Assembly (NCBI GenBank): GCA_018971685.1
Contig: JAGXAG010000005.1
Span: 1,842-65,841, forward strand
Length of the DNA stretch: 64,000 nt
From: Patescibacteria group bacterium
GTDB lineage: Bacteria > Patescibacteriota > Minisyncoccia > Phycocordibacterales > PALSA-1337
Direction of reading: 5' to 3'
The translations under genes were made by a program, and so were the position numbers. Positions 49,143 through 58,237 of the stretch are shown in pieces; positions within the stretch are counted from its first letter, which is position 1; every line of letters starts with the position of its first letter. Under the pieces are notes generated by a model. The model was given only the letters and a program-made list of their open reading frames with translations. It searched no databases and was not told where the DNA came from.

Positions 49143-50371
49143 AGCGATTTCAATTGGTCGATGAATGAGGCGGCGCGATGATATGTCGTATGCTTTTCGA
49201 ATACCTCTTTCTGTGCCGCGAGCGCGTGCCTGGTACCGATGTCAGGATTATGGATTATATTCTCGAAATGCGCCAGGTATGCTTCAGGCGTATCGGCGAT
49301 GAAAAGCGAGTCAGGGCCGAATATTTTATCGAGCAGCTTGGCATGGTCGGTCACTTGCGGCACGCCGCAGGCAGCCAGTTGGTATGTCCTTTCATTTGTC
49401 TCACAGGGCCAATTGATTTGTTCCGGCAAGTGCAGATTGAGTCCGACTTTCGCCCGAGCATAGACATAACGATCTCTGTCACGATTGAATCTGAATTTTT
49501 TTATGCGTTCCCAACCGGGTCCATCGATGAATCCAGGATATTCGGTCATTATCGGTGATAAAAAATCCAGCATAGCGGGCTTCGAGCTCTGCTTTGAGGC
49601 CAAGTATACATAATTGAGGTCGCGCTCGAATCCGGCGACAGGGAAGTAGCGGCTTATGTGCGCGCCGAAAGGCATGAAGAGCACTTTGTATCCAGCGTCA
49701 AAGAATGGCCGGTATTCTTTCCGTGAATGGATGTATTCCGGATCGCGGAACGAATAATAGAAATCGACGCTGTGAGCTTTGGCCCAAGCCAATCTGCCGG
49801 CCAATGGCGAATTCCCGTATTCCTCGAGGGAAGCGGTCAGTCCAATCTTCAGATGATGAATCTTTTTCCGATCTTTGACCGTTCGCCAGTCTATCTTTTC
49901 CAAGTAGCTCGCGTGATCGCTCGTGAGGAGAATGGTCGGCTTAAAAGAATCCAAGATCGGGCCTATCGGCTCATTCCAGTCAAGCTCTTTGGTTGGTACG
50001 CCAATGAACTCAAAGGCCTCTTTGAAATTCGTGAACAAGGAATAACCGGCTGGCGATATATTCTGGTCAGGTATGTGGATGACGATGCGTTCAAAGTGTC
50101 GGTTTTCGAGTATGCCGCTGAATTCCGTTTCAATCTTCTTTTTCAGCGTATGTCCTTGAATGACAATCGGATCGTTCGAAACCCCGTAGGCTTCTTCCGA
50201 TTCGTATGAGCCGCGATCGGCGAGGGCCAATTCCGCGTTTGCCAATATGCCGGCCCGATTTTTCCAAGTATCCTTTTTTATGCGATCCTCAAAAACGGTT
50301 TTATGCCACGCATGGTCTGGCCGACCCAGGATCTTTTTTATGTAATGTTTTGTATATCTGTTGAATTTCAT
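49139..50371 (-). CDS. CgeB-like glycosyltransferase
   Basis: YARAKVGLNLH, NERTYQLAACG, HTTYHRA. Confidence 0.75.
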   Translation of the reverse strand: MKFNRYTKHYIKKILGRPDHAWHKTVFEDRIKKDTWKNRAGILANAELALADRGSYESEEAYGVSNDPIVIQGHTLKKKIETEFSGILENRHFERIVIHIPDQNISPAGYSLFTNFKEAFEFIGVPTKELDWNEPIGPILDSFKPTILLTSDHASYLEKIDWRTVKDRKKIHHLKIGLTASLEEYGNSPLAGRLAWAKAHSVDFYYSFRDPEYIHSRKEYRPFFDAGYKVLFMPFGAHISRYFPVAGFERDLNYVYLASKQSSKPAMLDFLSPIMTEYPGFIDGPGWERIKKFRFNRDRDRYVYARAKVGLNLHLPEQINWPCETNERTYQLAACGVPQVTDHAKLLDKIFGPDSLFIADTPEAYLAHFENIIHNPDIGTRHALAAQKEVFEKHTTYHRAASFIDQLKSL

Positions 50372-50381
50372 CTGCTATTGC

Positions 50382-51110
50382 TCAAGGTTTGACGAACCAA
50401 AAACAGCCGCAGCCGTAAGATTGCTTGTCGGCGAACGCAGGGTCGGCCTTCGGTATTAAGCCGACTTTTTCTCCATTGTCAGGCACCATGCTAAAATCTT
50501 TAAGCTCGAACCCGTCAAACATGCTCATAACCATATCGTAAGAATAAATACGATGGGCGTTGAAAATTATTTGCGGTTTGCCTATAGGGACAACGAAAAG
50601 TATAGTACCTCCGTGAGCCGCGACCCTTTTTAGTTCCATGACGGCCTTAAGATCGCCTTCAGGATCTAGCGGATCCCCATATCGCCCCAGACCAATATGT
50701 TCTATTACATGCATACATGATAAAGAATCGATGCTATTGTCCAGGAATGGCAAAGCCGTCAAGTCAGCACGCTTTGATGTAAGGTTGCTGAGCCTGATGT
50801 TGGCGGGCCGGTAATCATAAAAATCGACAGGTATAAAGGCTGAAACTATTGAACAAAAATATAGCGTTGAAGAGAAATCAACATGCTTTGCCGGTTTTGT
50901 TACGGCCAAGATACGAGCGGCCCATGAGGGATGATATATATAATGGGCGTCAAAGCGTGTTTCCGTATCATTTTCATACATAGCCTGATGTTCTCGCCAT
51001 GACAGATGGAATGGACGGTTTGATGAGATCATATTTTTAAATACATCAAAATCACGGCGAAGTTTTCGGTTTAGAGAACCTCTATATATTATTTTTCGCA
51101 ATACCTTCAT
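50382..51110 (-). CDS. DUF268-like methyltransferase-fold protein
   Basis: FDAHYIYHP.WAAR, SLSCMHVIEHIGLGRYGDPLDPEGD, FNAHRIY. Confidence 0.8.
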   Translation of the reverse strand: MKVLRKIIYRGSLNRKLRRDFDVFKNMISSNRPFHLSWREHQAMYENDTETRFDAHYIYHPSWAARILAVTKPAKHVDFSSTLYFCSIVSAFIPVDFYDYRPANIRLSNLTSKRADLTALPFLDNSIDSLSCMHVIEHIGLGRYGDPLDPEGDLKAVMELKRVAAHGGTILFVVPIGKPQIIFNAHRIYSYDMVMSMFDGFELKDFSMVPDNGEKVGLIPKADPAFADKQSYGCGCFWFVKP

Positions 51111-51685
51111 TTTGGGATGATAGTTATCATATCGTCTTTAATTGATGACCTGTACCCATTTTTTGTGGCTAGTTCAAATACAGCTTTTTGAACAGGATAA
51201 TTGTTAGTTCCGTCGAACAGCCTAGCGTCGTCAATCAATATTACATGTCGGCGCACGGGGTGAGACATGATTGCTTGGAGCTCTTTTACGATCGGAGTAT
51301 CTATTTGTCCGCGGGCAGTGATACCGCCAGAGTAATGTCCGTCTAACCAAAATAATGCAGGCTCCACGAGCTCGTTTATTACTGTGGGCAATATCACACC
51401 ACTATCTCCTTTGTATAAGCGGACATTTCGGTATTGCGCAAAGCGTCTTTGCGCTGCGATGAACAGATCTGTATCAAGCTCTATAGATATCACGGAAGCG
51501 AACATGTCTTTGGCCCGATTGAGCGTATCTCCCAGGTATGTTCCTGTTTCAATGAATATTTCGGTACCATAGCGCTTCCGAAGCCTGTATATAGTCTTTA
51601 TTTTAACTTCGAATAAGGCGGGATGTTTTCCATCAGTCATCGCTTTTCGTATACGAGACAGTGATTCCGATAATATAGACATCAT
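51107..51685 (-). CDS. Putative methyltransferase-fold protein
   Basis: FIETGTYLG, SIEL, GDS, FWLDGHYSGG, ILIDDAR. Confidence 0.75.
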   Translation of the reverse strand: MMSILSESLSRIRKAMTDGKHPALFEVKIKTIYRLRKRYGTEIFIETGTYLGDTLNRAKDMFASVISIELDTDLFIAAQRRFAQYRNVRLYKGDSGVILPTVINELVEPALFWLDGHYSGGITARGQIDTPIVKELQAIMSHPVRRHVILIDDARLFDGTNNYPVQKAVFELATKNGYRSSIKDDMITIIPK

Positions 51686-52941
51686 CGGTATTCGTGATCA
51701 AGATTCCATTCCGAAATAGCATTCATAGGGCCCCTGTTTTCCTGTATAGTCATTTGTTTGCCGTGCGGGCTGACTTCAAGGACGGCCTGGTATGGTTCGT
51801 AGTAGCTTATCTCCTTGTCGCGCGTTATGCCTAAGCCGATATGATAATTGCCCGGGCGCAGCATATGTTCTATTTTTACATCAAATTCGTGCCGGCCCGG
51901 TTCCAATGTCTCGCCGGCGTGCTCTTTTTGGTCTGAGTTTCTGACAATGAATAACAATTGATCGTTTAAGCTATTGCATGAAATAGCAAAGTTCATGTTC
52001 TCTAACCGCTCATTCACTTCTATGGAAAGCTTAAGATGAATCGGTTGATCATAGGCGATACCGAATGTACCGATCATACCATCGACGAGCTCAATTGAGG
52101 TTATTTTGTACCCTTTTCCCGCGAACGCATCAGATTCTGGTATTACCTTATGGGCAGTGCGGCTTACATTGAGATAATGGCTTATGATATCCCTCGTGTC
52201 ACCGGTCATGGCCACGCGCCCTTTTTCGAGTAGCACCGTTTTCTTGCAGAGTCGTTCGATTGCTGACATTGAATGGCTGACGAATATAATGGTCCGGCCG
52301 TCTTTGTGTGTAACCTCCTCCATTTTATTCAGACACTTGCGTTGAAATTCCGCATCGCCAACGGCCAAGACCTCGTCAACAAGCAAAATATCCGGCTCCA
52401 TATGCGCCGCGACTGAGAATGCCAATCTCACATACATGCCGCTTGAATAGTACTTGACCGGCGTGTCCAAAAACTTCGATATGCCCGCGAAATCAACGAT
52501 TTGGTCGAATTTTCGGGATATTTCTCGTTTGGTCATGCCGATAATGGCTCCGTTTAGGAATATATTCTCGCGCCCGGTTAATTCTGGATTGAAACCGGTA
52601 CCAACCTCCAAAAGTGATCCGACCTTGCCGCGGATGATTACCTCGCCTTTGGTCGGGGGAGTTATTTGCGAAAGAATCTTGAGCAATGTTGATTTGCCGG
52701 CGCCGTTGTGGCCTATGATGCCTATAACATCCCCGCGGTTGATTTCAATATTTATGTTATCAAGAGCCCAAAATTCTTCTTTCTTCTCGAATCCTGCCAC
52801 AGTCCGTGCCTTCTCTTTGACGAAAGAAAAAGGACTTTTGATGACATTCATGATCACATCCCGCAACGCTATATAGCCACCCCTCTCATGAGAGATCTTG
52901 TAACTTTTCGATATGCTTTTTATTTCGATGACTGGTTTCAT
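51682..52941 (-). CDS. wzt: Polysaccharide ABC transporter ATPase with C-terminal Wzt domain
   Basis: GHNGAGKST, YSSGMYVRLAF, DEVLAVGD. Confidence 0.93.
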   Translation of the reverse strand: MKPVIEIKSISKSYKISHERGGYIALRDVIMNVIKSPFSFVKEKARTVAGFEKKEEFWALDNINIEINRGDVIGIIGHNGAGKSTLLKILSQITPPTKGEVIIRGKVGSLLEVGTGFNPELTGRENIFLNGAIIGMTKREISRKFDQIVDFAGISKFLDTPVKYYSSGMYVRLAFSVAAHMEPDILLVDEVLAVGDAEFQRKCLNKMEEVTHKDGRTIIFVSHSMSAIERLCKKTVLLEKGRVAMTGDTRDIISHYLNVSRTAHKVIPESDAFAGKGYKITSIELVDGMIGTFGIAYDQPIHLKLSIEVNERLENMNFAISCNSLNDQLLFIVRNSDQKEHAGETLEPGRHEFDVKIEHMLRPGNYHIGLGITRDKEISYYEPYQAVLEVSPHGKQMTIQENRGPMNAISEWNLDHEYR

Positions 52942-53762
52942 ACGATATCTGCGAAATATCTTTCGACCTTTTTGAACATATATACTCCTGCAACAAGCAA
53001 GATCACACACCCCATGAACGATATTGCCAAAAGAAACCAGTTGATCGGCGCCGTGCCCAAGAGCGCGGCGCGAGCGTTTTGGATGACGCCGGTCATGGGG
53101 TTTATGGCTAACAGTTTGGAATATTTTCCAGCAATCGATGCCGGATATATTACCGGGGTGACAAACAGGAGTATTTGTACGAAGTAAGGTAATACATAAC
53201 GAACATCCCTGTATTTAACATTAATTGCTGCCAGGAATAGGCCGCCGCCGACCGAAGCCATGAATGTGATGACAAGCAATAGCGGTATCATAAGAAGTCC
53301 GGTGAAGCTCGGCATGAACCCGTAATATATCATGAGTCCGACCATGATTATCGCGGCTATGAAGAAATCAACAAGTTGGGTAATGACCGAAGATATCGGC
53401 AATATTAGGCGCGGGAAGTAGACTTTGGTGATCAGGGCCTGATTGCCAACCAATGAATTGGCCGTGCCGGAAAGAGCCGCGGAGAAGAATTGCCAGAATA
53501 ATAGACCTGTGTATACAAAGATTGGATAGGGCACATTGTCAGAGGGTATTTTTGCCAGACCGCCGAAGAAGACCGAAAAGACCACCATAGACATGAACGG
53601 CTGGAATACGGCCCATGCCGCTCCTATAAAGGTTTGCTTGTATCTGACTTTAAGATCACGCCAGGTAAGGAAATATAGTAGCTCCTTGTATATCCATAAC
53701 TCTTTCAGATCCGACAGGTGGAATATTTTCTTGGGGCGGATGACTGTTACTTGTGTGGACAT
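52938..53762 (-). CDS. wzm: Polysaccharide ABC transporter permease
   Basis: RDLKVRYKQT..GAAW, LITKVYFPR, NVKYRDV, TPVIYP. Confidence 0.93.
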   Translation of the reverse strand: MSTQVTVIRPKKIFHLSDLKELWIYKELLYFLTWRDLKVRYKQTFIGAAWAVFQPFMSMVVFSVFFGGLAKIPSDNVPYPIFVYTGLLFWQFFSAALSGTANSLVGNQALITKVYFPRLILPISSVITQLVDFFIAAIIMVGLMIYYGFMPSFTGLLMIPLLLVITFMASVGGGLFLAAINVKYRDVRYVLPYFVQILLFVTPVIYPASIAGKYSKLLAINPMTGVIQNARAALLGTAPINWFLLAISFMGCVILLVAGVYMFKKVERYFADIV

Positions 53763-53876
53763 GCGGCTATCCTATCACATTACAAAGTCGTTGTTGAGCT
53801 TTTGTCTGCCATGATATATGATAGTTTCATTACTCTAAGCCGCACGACGATTAGTCGCGGAATTACCATAACGCAC

Positions 53877-56132
53877 ATGACCATCAAAAAAACCACTCGC
53901 TTTGTAACGATCGCCGCTCTCTTCCTCGTCCCCATTTTCGCTCTGATCGTAGCCAACTCGCTCTTTTTCCCGTTTATTACCGGCAAGGCATTCTATTTCC
54001 GCCTCATGGTTGAGATCGCTTTCGCCGCCTGGGTGATTCTGGCTTTTCTTGATGCCAGATACCGGCCGAAGCTGAATGCTCTCACGGTCGGCGTGACACT
54101 TTTTACTGTTGTCGCCCTCATTGCCGACCTTCTGGGCGTGAATCCGATCCGAAGCATGTGGTCCAATTTCGAACGCATGGAGGGCTGGATAACGATCGTT
54201 CATCTGTGGGCGTTCTTCATCGCGGCGGCGGCGGTGTTCGGCGCGGAAGGGGAGGCGAAAAAGTGGTGGCATCGGTTCTTCAATTTCGAATTGGCGGTGG
54301 CTTTTGTCGTCGGGCTTTACGGCTTGGGACAATTGCTCGGCTGGTTCGCGATCCATCAGGGTTCGACCAGGATCGACGCGTCGCTGGGCAATGCGGCGTA
54401 CATGGCGGTTTACATGCTCATGAACGCCGGTTTGGCGGCGTACTTGTTCCTGGCGGAAAAGGCGAAGCGCGCGGCGGCAAAATCGCCGGGCATTTCATTC
54501 ATGGGCTGGATATATATTGTTCTTACCGTACTCTTTTCTTTCCTCCTCTTTGAAACTTCCACTCGCGGCACGATTCTCGGCTTTACCGGCGGACTCATGC
54601 TGGCGCTTTTCCTCTATGCGCTTTTTGCCAAGAATGGATCCAAGCGGTCGCGCATGATCTCAGGCGGCGTCGTGGCGCTCATTGTGATCGCGGGCATCGG
54701 CATTTACGCTTTGCGCAACCAGCCGATCGTCAAGAACAACGAGGTCTTGAACCGCATGACGAGCATTTCCTTGAGCAATACCGAGTCGACGGCGCGCCTT
54801 TATATCTGGCAAATGGCTCTGACCGGCTGGACCGAAAGGCCGGTTTTGGGTTGGGGCCAGGAGAATTTCAACTACATCTTCAACGCCAATTACAATCCGA
54901 AAATGTGGTCGCAGGAGCAGTGGTTCGATCGCGCGCACAGCGTATACTTCGACTGGCTGGTGGCTGGAGGGTTGGTGGGACTCATGGCTTATCTCGCGCT
55001 GTATGTATTGTTGTTGCGCGGAATTTGGAAATCGGGATTTACCATGTCCGAAAAGTGCGCCTTGACCGGACTGGTGGCCGGCTACGCGGTGCACAACATA
55101 TTTGTGTTCGATAACTTGGCGAGCTATGTCTTGTTCTTTACTCTGCTCGGATTCGTTGCGTCGATAAAATCCTCCGCTGCTTTGCGGCACCCCCTTTTGC
55201 AAAGGGGGAATTCATCGCAAGAATCTTTCACTAACGGCGCTTCAACCATAGGCGGAACGAAGGAAGTCAGGCCCGAGATAGTCGAATATGTGGTGGCGCC
55301 GATATCGATCGTCGCCTTGGTTATCGTGATTTTCTTCTTTGAACTGCGCCCATACCAAGCCAATACCGCTCTTATCACCGCTTTGCAATCATGCTCCGGA
55401 CCGACGCCGGACGCTACATTGTTCGACAAGGCGCTTGCCGTGAACACTTATGTTGCCAACCAGGAAATCCGCGAGCAGTCGCTCTCTTGCGCCGGTTCGG
55501 TCATCGGAAGCCAGAGTGCGCCCGGACCGACGAAGCAGGCTTTCTTCCAGTTGGCCGTGAATAATATCCAGGCTCAGATTGCCGCCACGCCGAAAGATGC
55601 GAGGATGTATGTGCTCGGCGGCGGATTCTTGCTGGGTGCGGGACAAAACGCGCAAGCCCTGCAGCTGCTCGTCGACGCGCACGCGCTGTCGCCGGCCAAA
55701 CAGTCGATTGATTTTCAATTGGCGCAAGCGTATTTGAATGCCGGCCAGATACCGGAATCAGTGGCGGTATTGCGGCAAGCCTATGAAGGCGATCCGTCGT
55801 ATGGCGAAGCGCGCTCGGCCTATGCCACCGGGTTGGTTCTGACCGGGCAGGAAAGTTTGGCGCACCAATTGTTCGGCGACGATCCGGCGGTATTCCAGAC
55901 CGAGCAGATGGCGGGCGTATATGCCAACCTGAAGCAATACCAAAAAGCGATCTCGATCTATGTTGCGCTCATCAAAAACAGCCCGACGGATGTCAACTTG
56001 CTTTCCAGGCTTGCGCAAATACAATACGCGGCGGGCATGAAGACGCAAGCGATTGCGACCTTGCGCAGTATTGAGAAGGATCATCCGGAATACAAAGACC
56101 AGATCGAGGCGGCGATCAAGCAGGTGCAGTAG
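53877..56132 (+). CDS. O-antigen ligase (Wzy_C)/O-oligosaccharyltransferase-like protein with TPR C-terminus
   Basis: Multi-TM, TSTRG, RLYIW..A, RPVLGWGQENF, DRAHS; TPR-like C-terminal region. Confidence 0.85.
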   Translation: MTIKKTTRFVTIAALFLVPIFALIVANSLFFPFITGKAFYFRLMVEIAFAAWVILAFLDARYRPKLNALTVGVTLFTVVALIADLLGVNPIRSMWSNFERMEGWITIVHLWAFFIAAAAVFGAEGEAKKWWHRFFNFELAVAFVVGLYGLGQLLGWFAIHQGSTRIDASLGNAAYMAVYMLMNAGLAAYLFLAEKAKRAAAKSPGISFMGWIYIVLTVLFSFLLFETSTRGTILGFTGGLMLALFLYALFAKNGSKRSRMISGGVVALIVIAGIGIYALRNQPIVKNNEVLNRMTSISLSNTESTARLYIWQMALTGWTERPVLGWGQENFNYIFNANYNPKMWSQEQWFDRAHSVYFDWLVAGGLVGLMAYLALYVLLLRGIWKSGFTMSEKCALTGLVAGYAVHNIFVFDNLASYVLFFTLLGFVASIKSSAALRHPLLQRGNSSQESFTNGASTIGGTKEVRPEIVEYVVAPISIVALVIVIFFFELRPYQANTALITALQSCSGPTPDATLFDKALAVNTYVANQEIREQSLSCAGSVIGSQSAPGPTKQAFFQLAVNNIQAQIAATPKDARMYVLGGGFLLGAGQNAQALQLLVDAHALSPAKQSIDFQLAQAYLNAGQIPESVAVLRQAYEGDPSYGEARSAYATGLVLTGQESLAHQLFGDDPAVFQTEQMAGVYANLKQYQKAISIYVALIKNSPTDVNLLSRLAQIQYAAGMKTQAIATLRSIEKDHPEYKDQIEAAIKQVQ
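55166..55212. repeat. Short palindromic element family D, in-frame in the ligase gene
   Basis: AAATCCTCCGC...GCACCCCCTTTTGCAAAGGGGGAATT matches the reverse complement of 60716-60772. Confidence 0.75.
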
Positions 56133-56157
56133 TATCGGAATACCTCGCGCTCAAAGC

Positions 56158-56192
56158 AACAATCAACAGAGGGGCACCCTCTGTTGATTGTT
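56158..56192. repeat. Intergenic palindrome (AGG-N5-CCT type; may also act as terminator)
   Basis: AACAATCAACAGAGGG-gca-CCCTCTGTTGATTGTT. Confidence 0.75.
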
Positions 56193-56251
56193 TTGTCAAG
56201 GTTGTCCGGTAATGTGCACACACATATGGCGGTTTCTCCTAGAATGGAGGA

Positions 56252-56608
56252 ATGAGCATTGATCCTATAGGTTTTGTAGGCCCGATGACCGAAGCAGCGA
56301 TCGAATCAGCGGTCCAGAGTCTTTCGAACGCATCATCCACACCCGCCGCCGCTCCACAGACTTCGGTCGGTTTGACTTCGGCGGCTTTGATCCGCACTCT
56401 GTCGGTCGGTGAATCAGGCGCCGATGTCACGGCCCTGCAGACATTCTTGGAAAACAAAGGGTATCTGACGATCCCGCCGGGAATCGCCAAGGGCTACTTT
56501 GGCGCTTTGACTAAAAAGGCGGTAGTCGTCTTCCAGAAAGAAAACAGCATCGATCCGATCGGCATCGTCGGACCCATGACCCGCGCGGCAATCGAGAAAC
56601 TGCAGTGA
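56252..56608 (+). CDS. Peptidoglycan-binding domain protein (probably N-terminally decayed)
   Basis: LSVGESGADVTALQTFL...GYFGALTKKAV..FQ...GIVGPMTRAAI; begins with the last third of a second such repeat. Confidence 0.65.
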   Translation: MSIDPIGFVGPMTEAAIESAVQSLSNASSTPAAAPQTSVGLTSAALIRTLSVGESGADVTALQTFLENKGYLTIPPGIAKGYFGALTKKAVVVFQKENSIDPIGIVGPMTRAAIEKLQ

Positions 56609-56716
56609 TTTCATGGTGCCTCCGGCGCGGAGTTATCCACTCCCATAACTTGCAAAATCTGTCAAATGTGCTATATTAGGAGCGTGTGAGTGTGTGAGAA
56701 ACCAAGAAAATGTCTA

Positions 56717-56756
56717 CGCAAAGCCCCGCCCTCGGCGGGTTTTTGCGTGTTTTTCG
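56717..56756 (+). terminator. Intrinsic terminator
   Basis: ACGCAAAGCCCCGCC-ctc-GGCGGGTTTTTGCGTGTTTTT. Confidence 0.75.
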
Positions 56757-56960
56757 GCACCCTTGTCGTGCAAAGCCGATTCATACTATAATAATTTCAG
56801 ATTGCACCAAGTGACGGCCGCGGCTGTACTCACATATATTTAGACATTATATTTTGGAGCTCACACCCGCGGCCATCATTTGGCGCAAAGACAATTGAAT
56901 ATTGAACAAATTTAATATTGAGAATTGGCGATTGTGGATCGGCGCAGTCTTTAATTTTTG

Positions 56961-58160
56961 ATGAAGATATCGAAAAATATTCTCTTGGCGCAATATACGA
57001 CTTTCAAGATCGGCGGCCCGGCGCGCTTTTTCTGCGCAGTTGCGGATGAAAAAGAGTTGGTTGAAGCGGTCAAATTCGCCAAAGAAAAAAGTCTCAGGAT
57101 TTTCGTCCTGGGCGGCGGGTCGAACATTTTGGTTTCCGATGACGGTTTCAGCGGATTGGTCATAAAAAACGAGATGAAAGGCGTCGGCGGCGGTAATAAT
57201 TTTTATTTCAAGACGGATGAGGAAGCCGGAAACGCTCTCGGTGGCGGTAACAGTATCGACAATGAATCGATCGCGGCCGCGGCAGGGGAAATCTGGGACG
57301 ATCTGGTCAAATATACCGTTGAGAGAAATCTGGCTGGCATAGAAAATTTGTCGGGGATACCGGGTACCGTCGGCGCCGCGCCGGTGCAAAACATCGGCGC
57401 TTACGGCACCGATGCGGCCCAGACGATCGAAACAGTAAGAGTGCTTGATTTAAACAGCATGAAATTCAAGGAGCTGACAAACAAAGAATGCGAATTTGGT
57501 TACAGGGATAGTATTTTCAAGAAACAAAAAGGGCGGTATATCGTCACGGCGGTTTCATTCCGGCTCAAAAAGGGCGGCCGGGCCAATATTGACTATGCTG
57601 ATCTGCAGGAATATTTCGGCCGCAAACAAGCCCGGAATCCCATGCCGAAAACGGCCAAACTGCCGATTTTCAATCCGAAACGGTCAAGCGCCGACGGTTC
57701 CGGCGGCGCGATTGCCGGAATACACGCCGCCGCGGGCGGGTTTGATGAGCCGCTGAAGTTCGAGCCGAGCATCGTCGATGTGCGTGATGCGGTTGTGGAA
57801 ATTCGCCGGAATAAATTGCCGGATTGGACGCATTGGGGAACAGCCGGATCGTATTTCAAGAATCCGGTAGTGGACGAGGCCAAGTGCCGAGAATTGACGA
57901 ACAAATTTCCGGGAATTGTCTGTTTTCGCGAAAGCGCCGGCATGCACAAATTTTCGTTAGGATGGATCATCGACAAAATCTGCCACATGAAAGGCGTTAC
58001 CGTCGGCAATGTCGGCACGCACGATCGCCAAGCGCTCGTTCTGATCGCCAAGCCAGGCGCTTCCGCCAAAGAAGTAGTGGCATTGTCGGAAAACATCATG
58101 CGGCGCGTGCGCGAAGAAACCGGCCTTGAGATCGAGATGGAGGTGGAGTGGGTGAATTGA
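56961..58160 (+). CDS. murB: UDP-N-acetylenolpyruvoylglucosamine reductase
   Basis: TTFKIGGPA, LGGGSNIL, GIENLSGIPGTVGAAPVQNIGAYG, FGYRDS.FK, AGSYFKNP. Confidence 0.95.
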   Translation: MKISKNILLAQYTTFKIGGPARFFCAVADEKELVEAVKFAKEKSLRIFVLGGGSNILVSDDGFSGLVIKNEMKGVGGGNNFYFKTDEEAGNALGGGNSIDNESIAAAAGEIWDDLVKYTVERNLAGIENLSGIPGTVGAAPVQNIGAYGTDAAQTIETVRVLDLNSMKFKELTNKECEFGYRDSIFKKQKGRYIVTAVSFRLKKGGRANIDYADLQEYFGRKQARNPMPKTAKLPIFNPKRSSADGSGGAIAGIHAAAGGFDEPLKFEPSIVDVRDAVVEIRRNKLPDWTHWGTAGSYFKNPVVDEAKCRELTNKFPGIVCFRESAGMHKFSLGWIIDKICHMKGVTVGNVGTHDRQALVLIAKPGASAKEVVALSENIMRRVREETGLEIEMEVEWVN

Positions 58161-58188
58161 CGAGGTTAGTCCTCGAGGACTAACCTCG
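58161..58188. repeat. 28-bp perfect palindrome between murB and secA
   Basis: CGAGGTTAGTCCTC|GAGGACTAACCTCG. Confidence 0.85.
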
Positions 58189-58237
58189 AAGCGAAAGTAT
58201 GTTATAGTAGCGATTACCGAGATCGAATCTCGGCACT

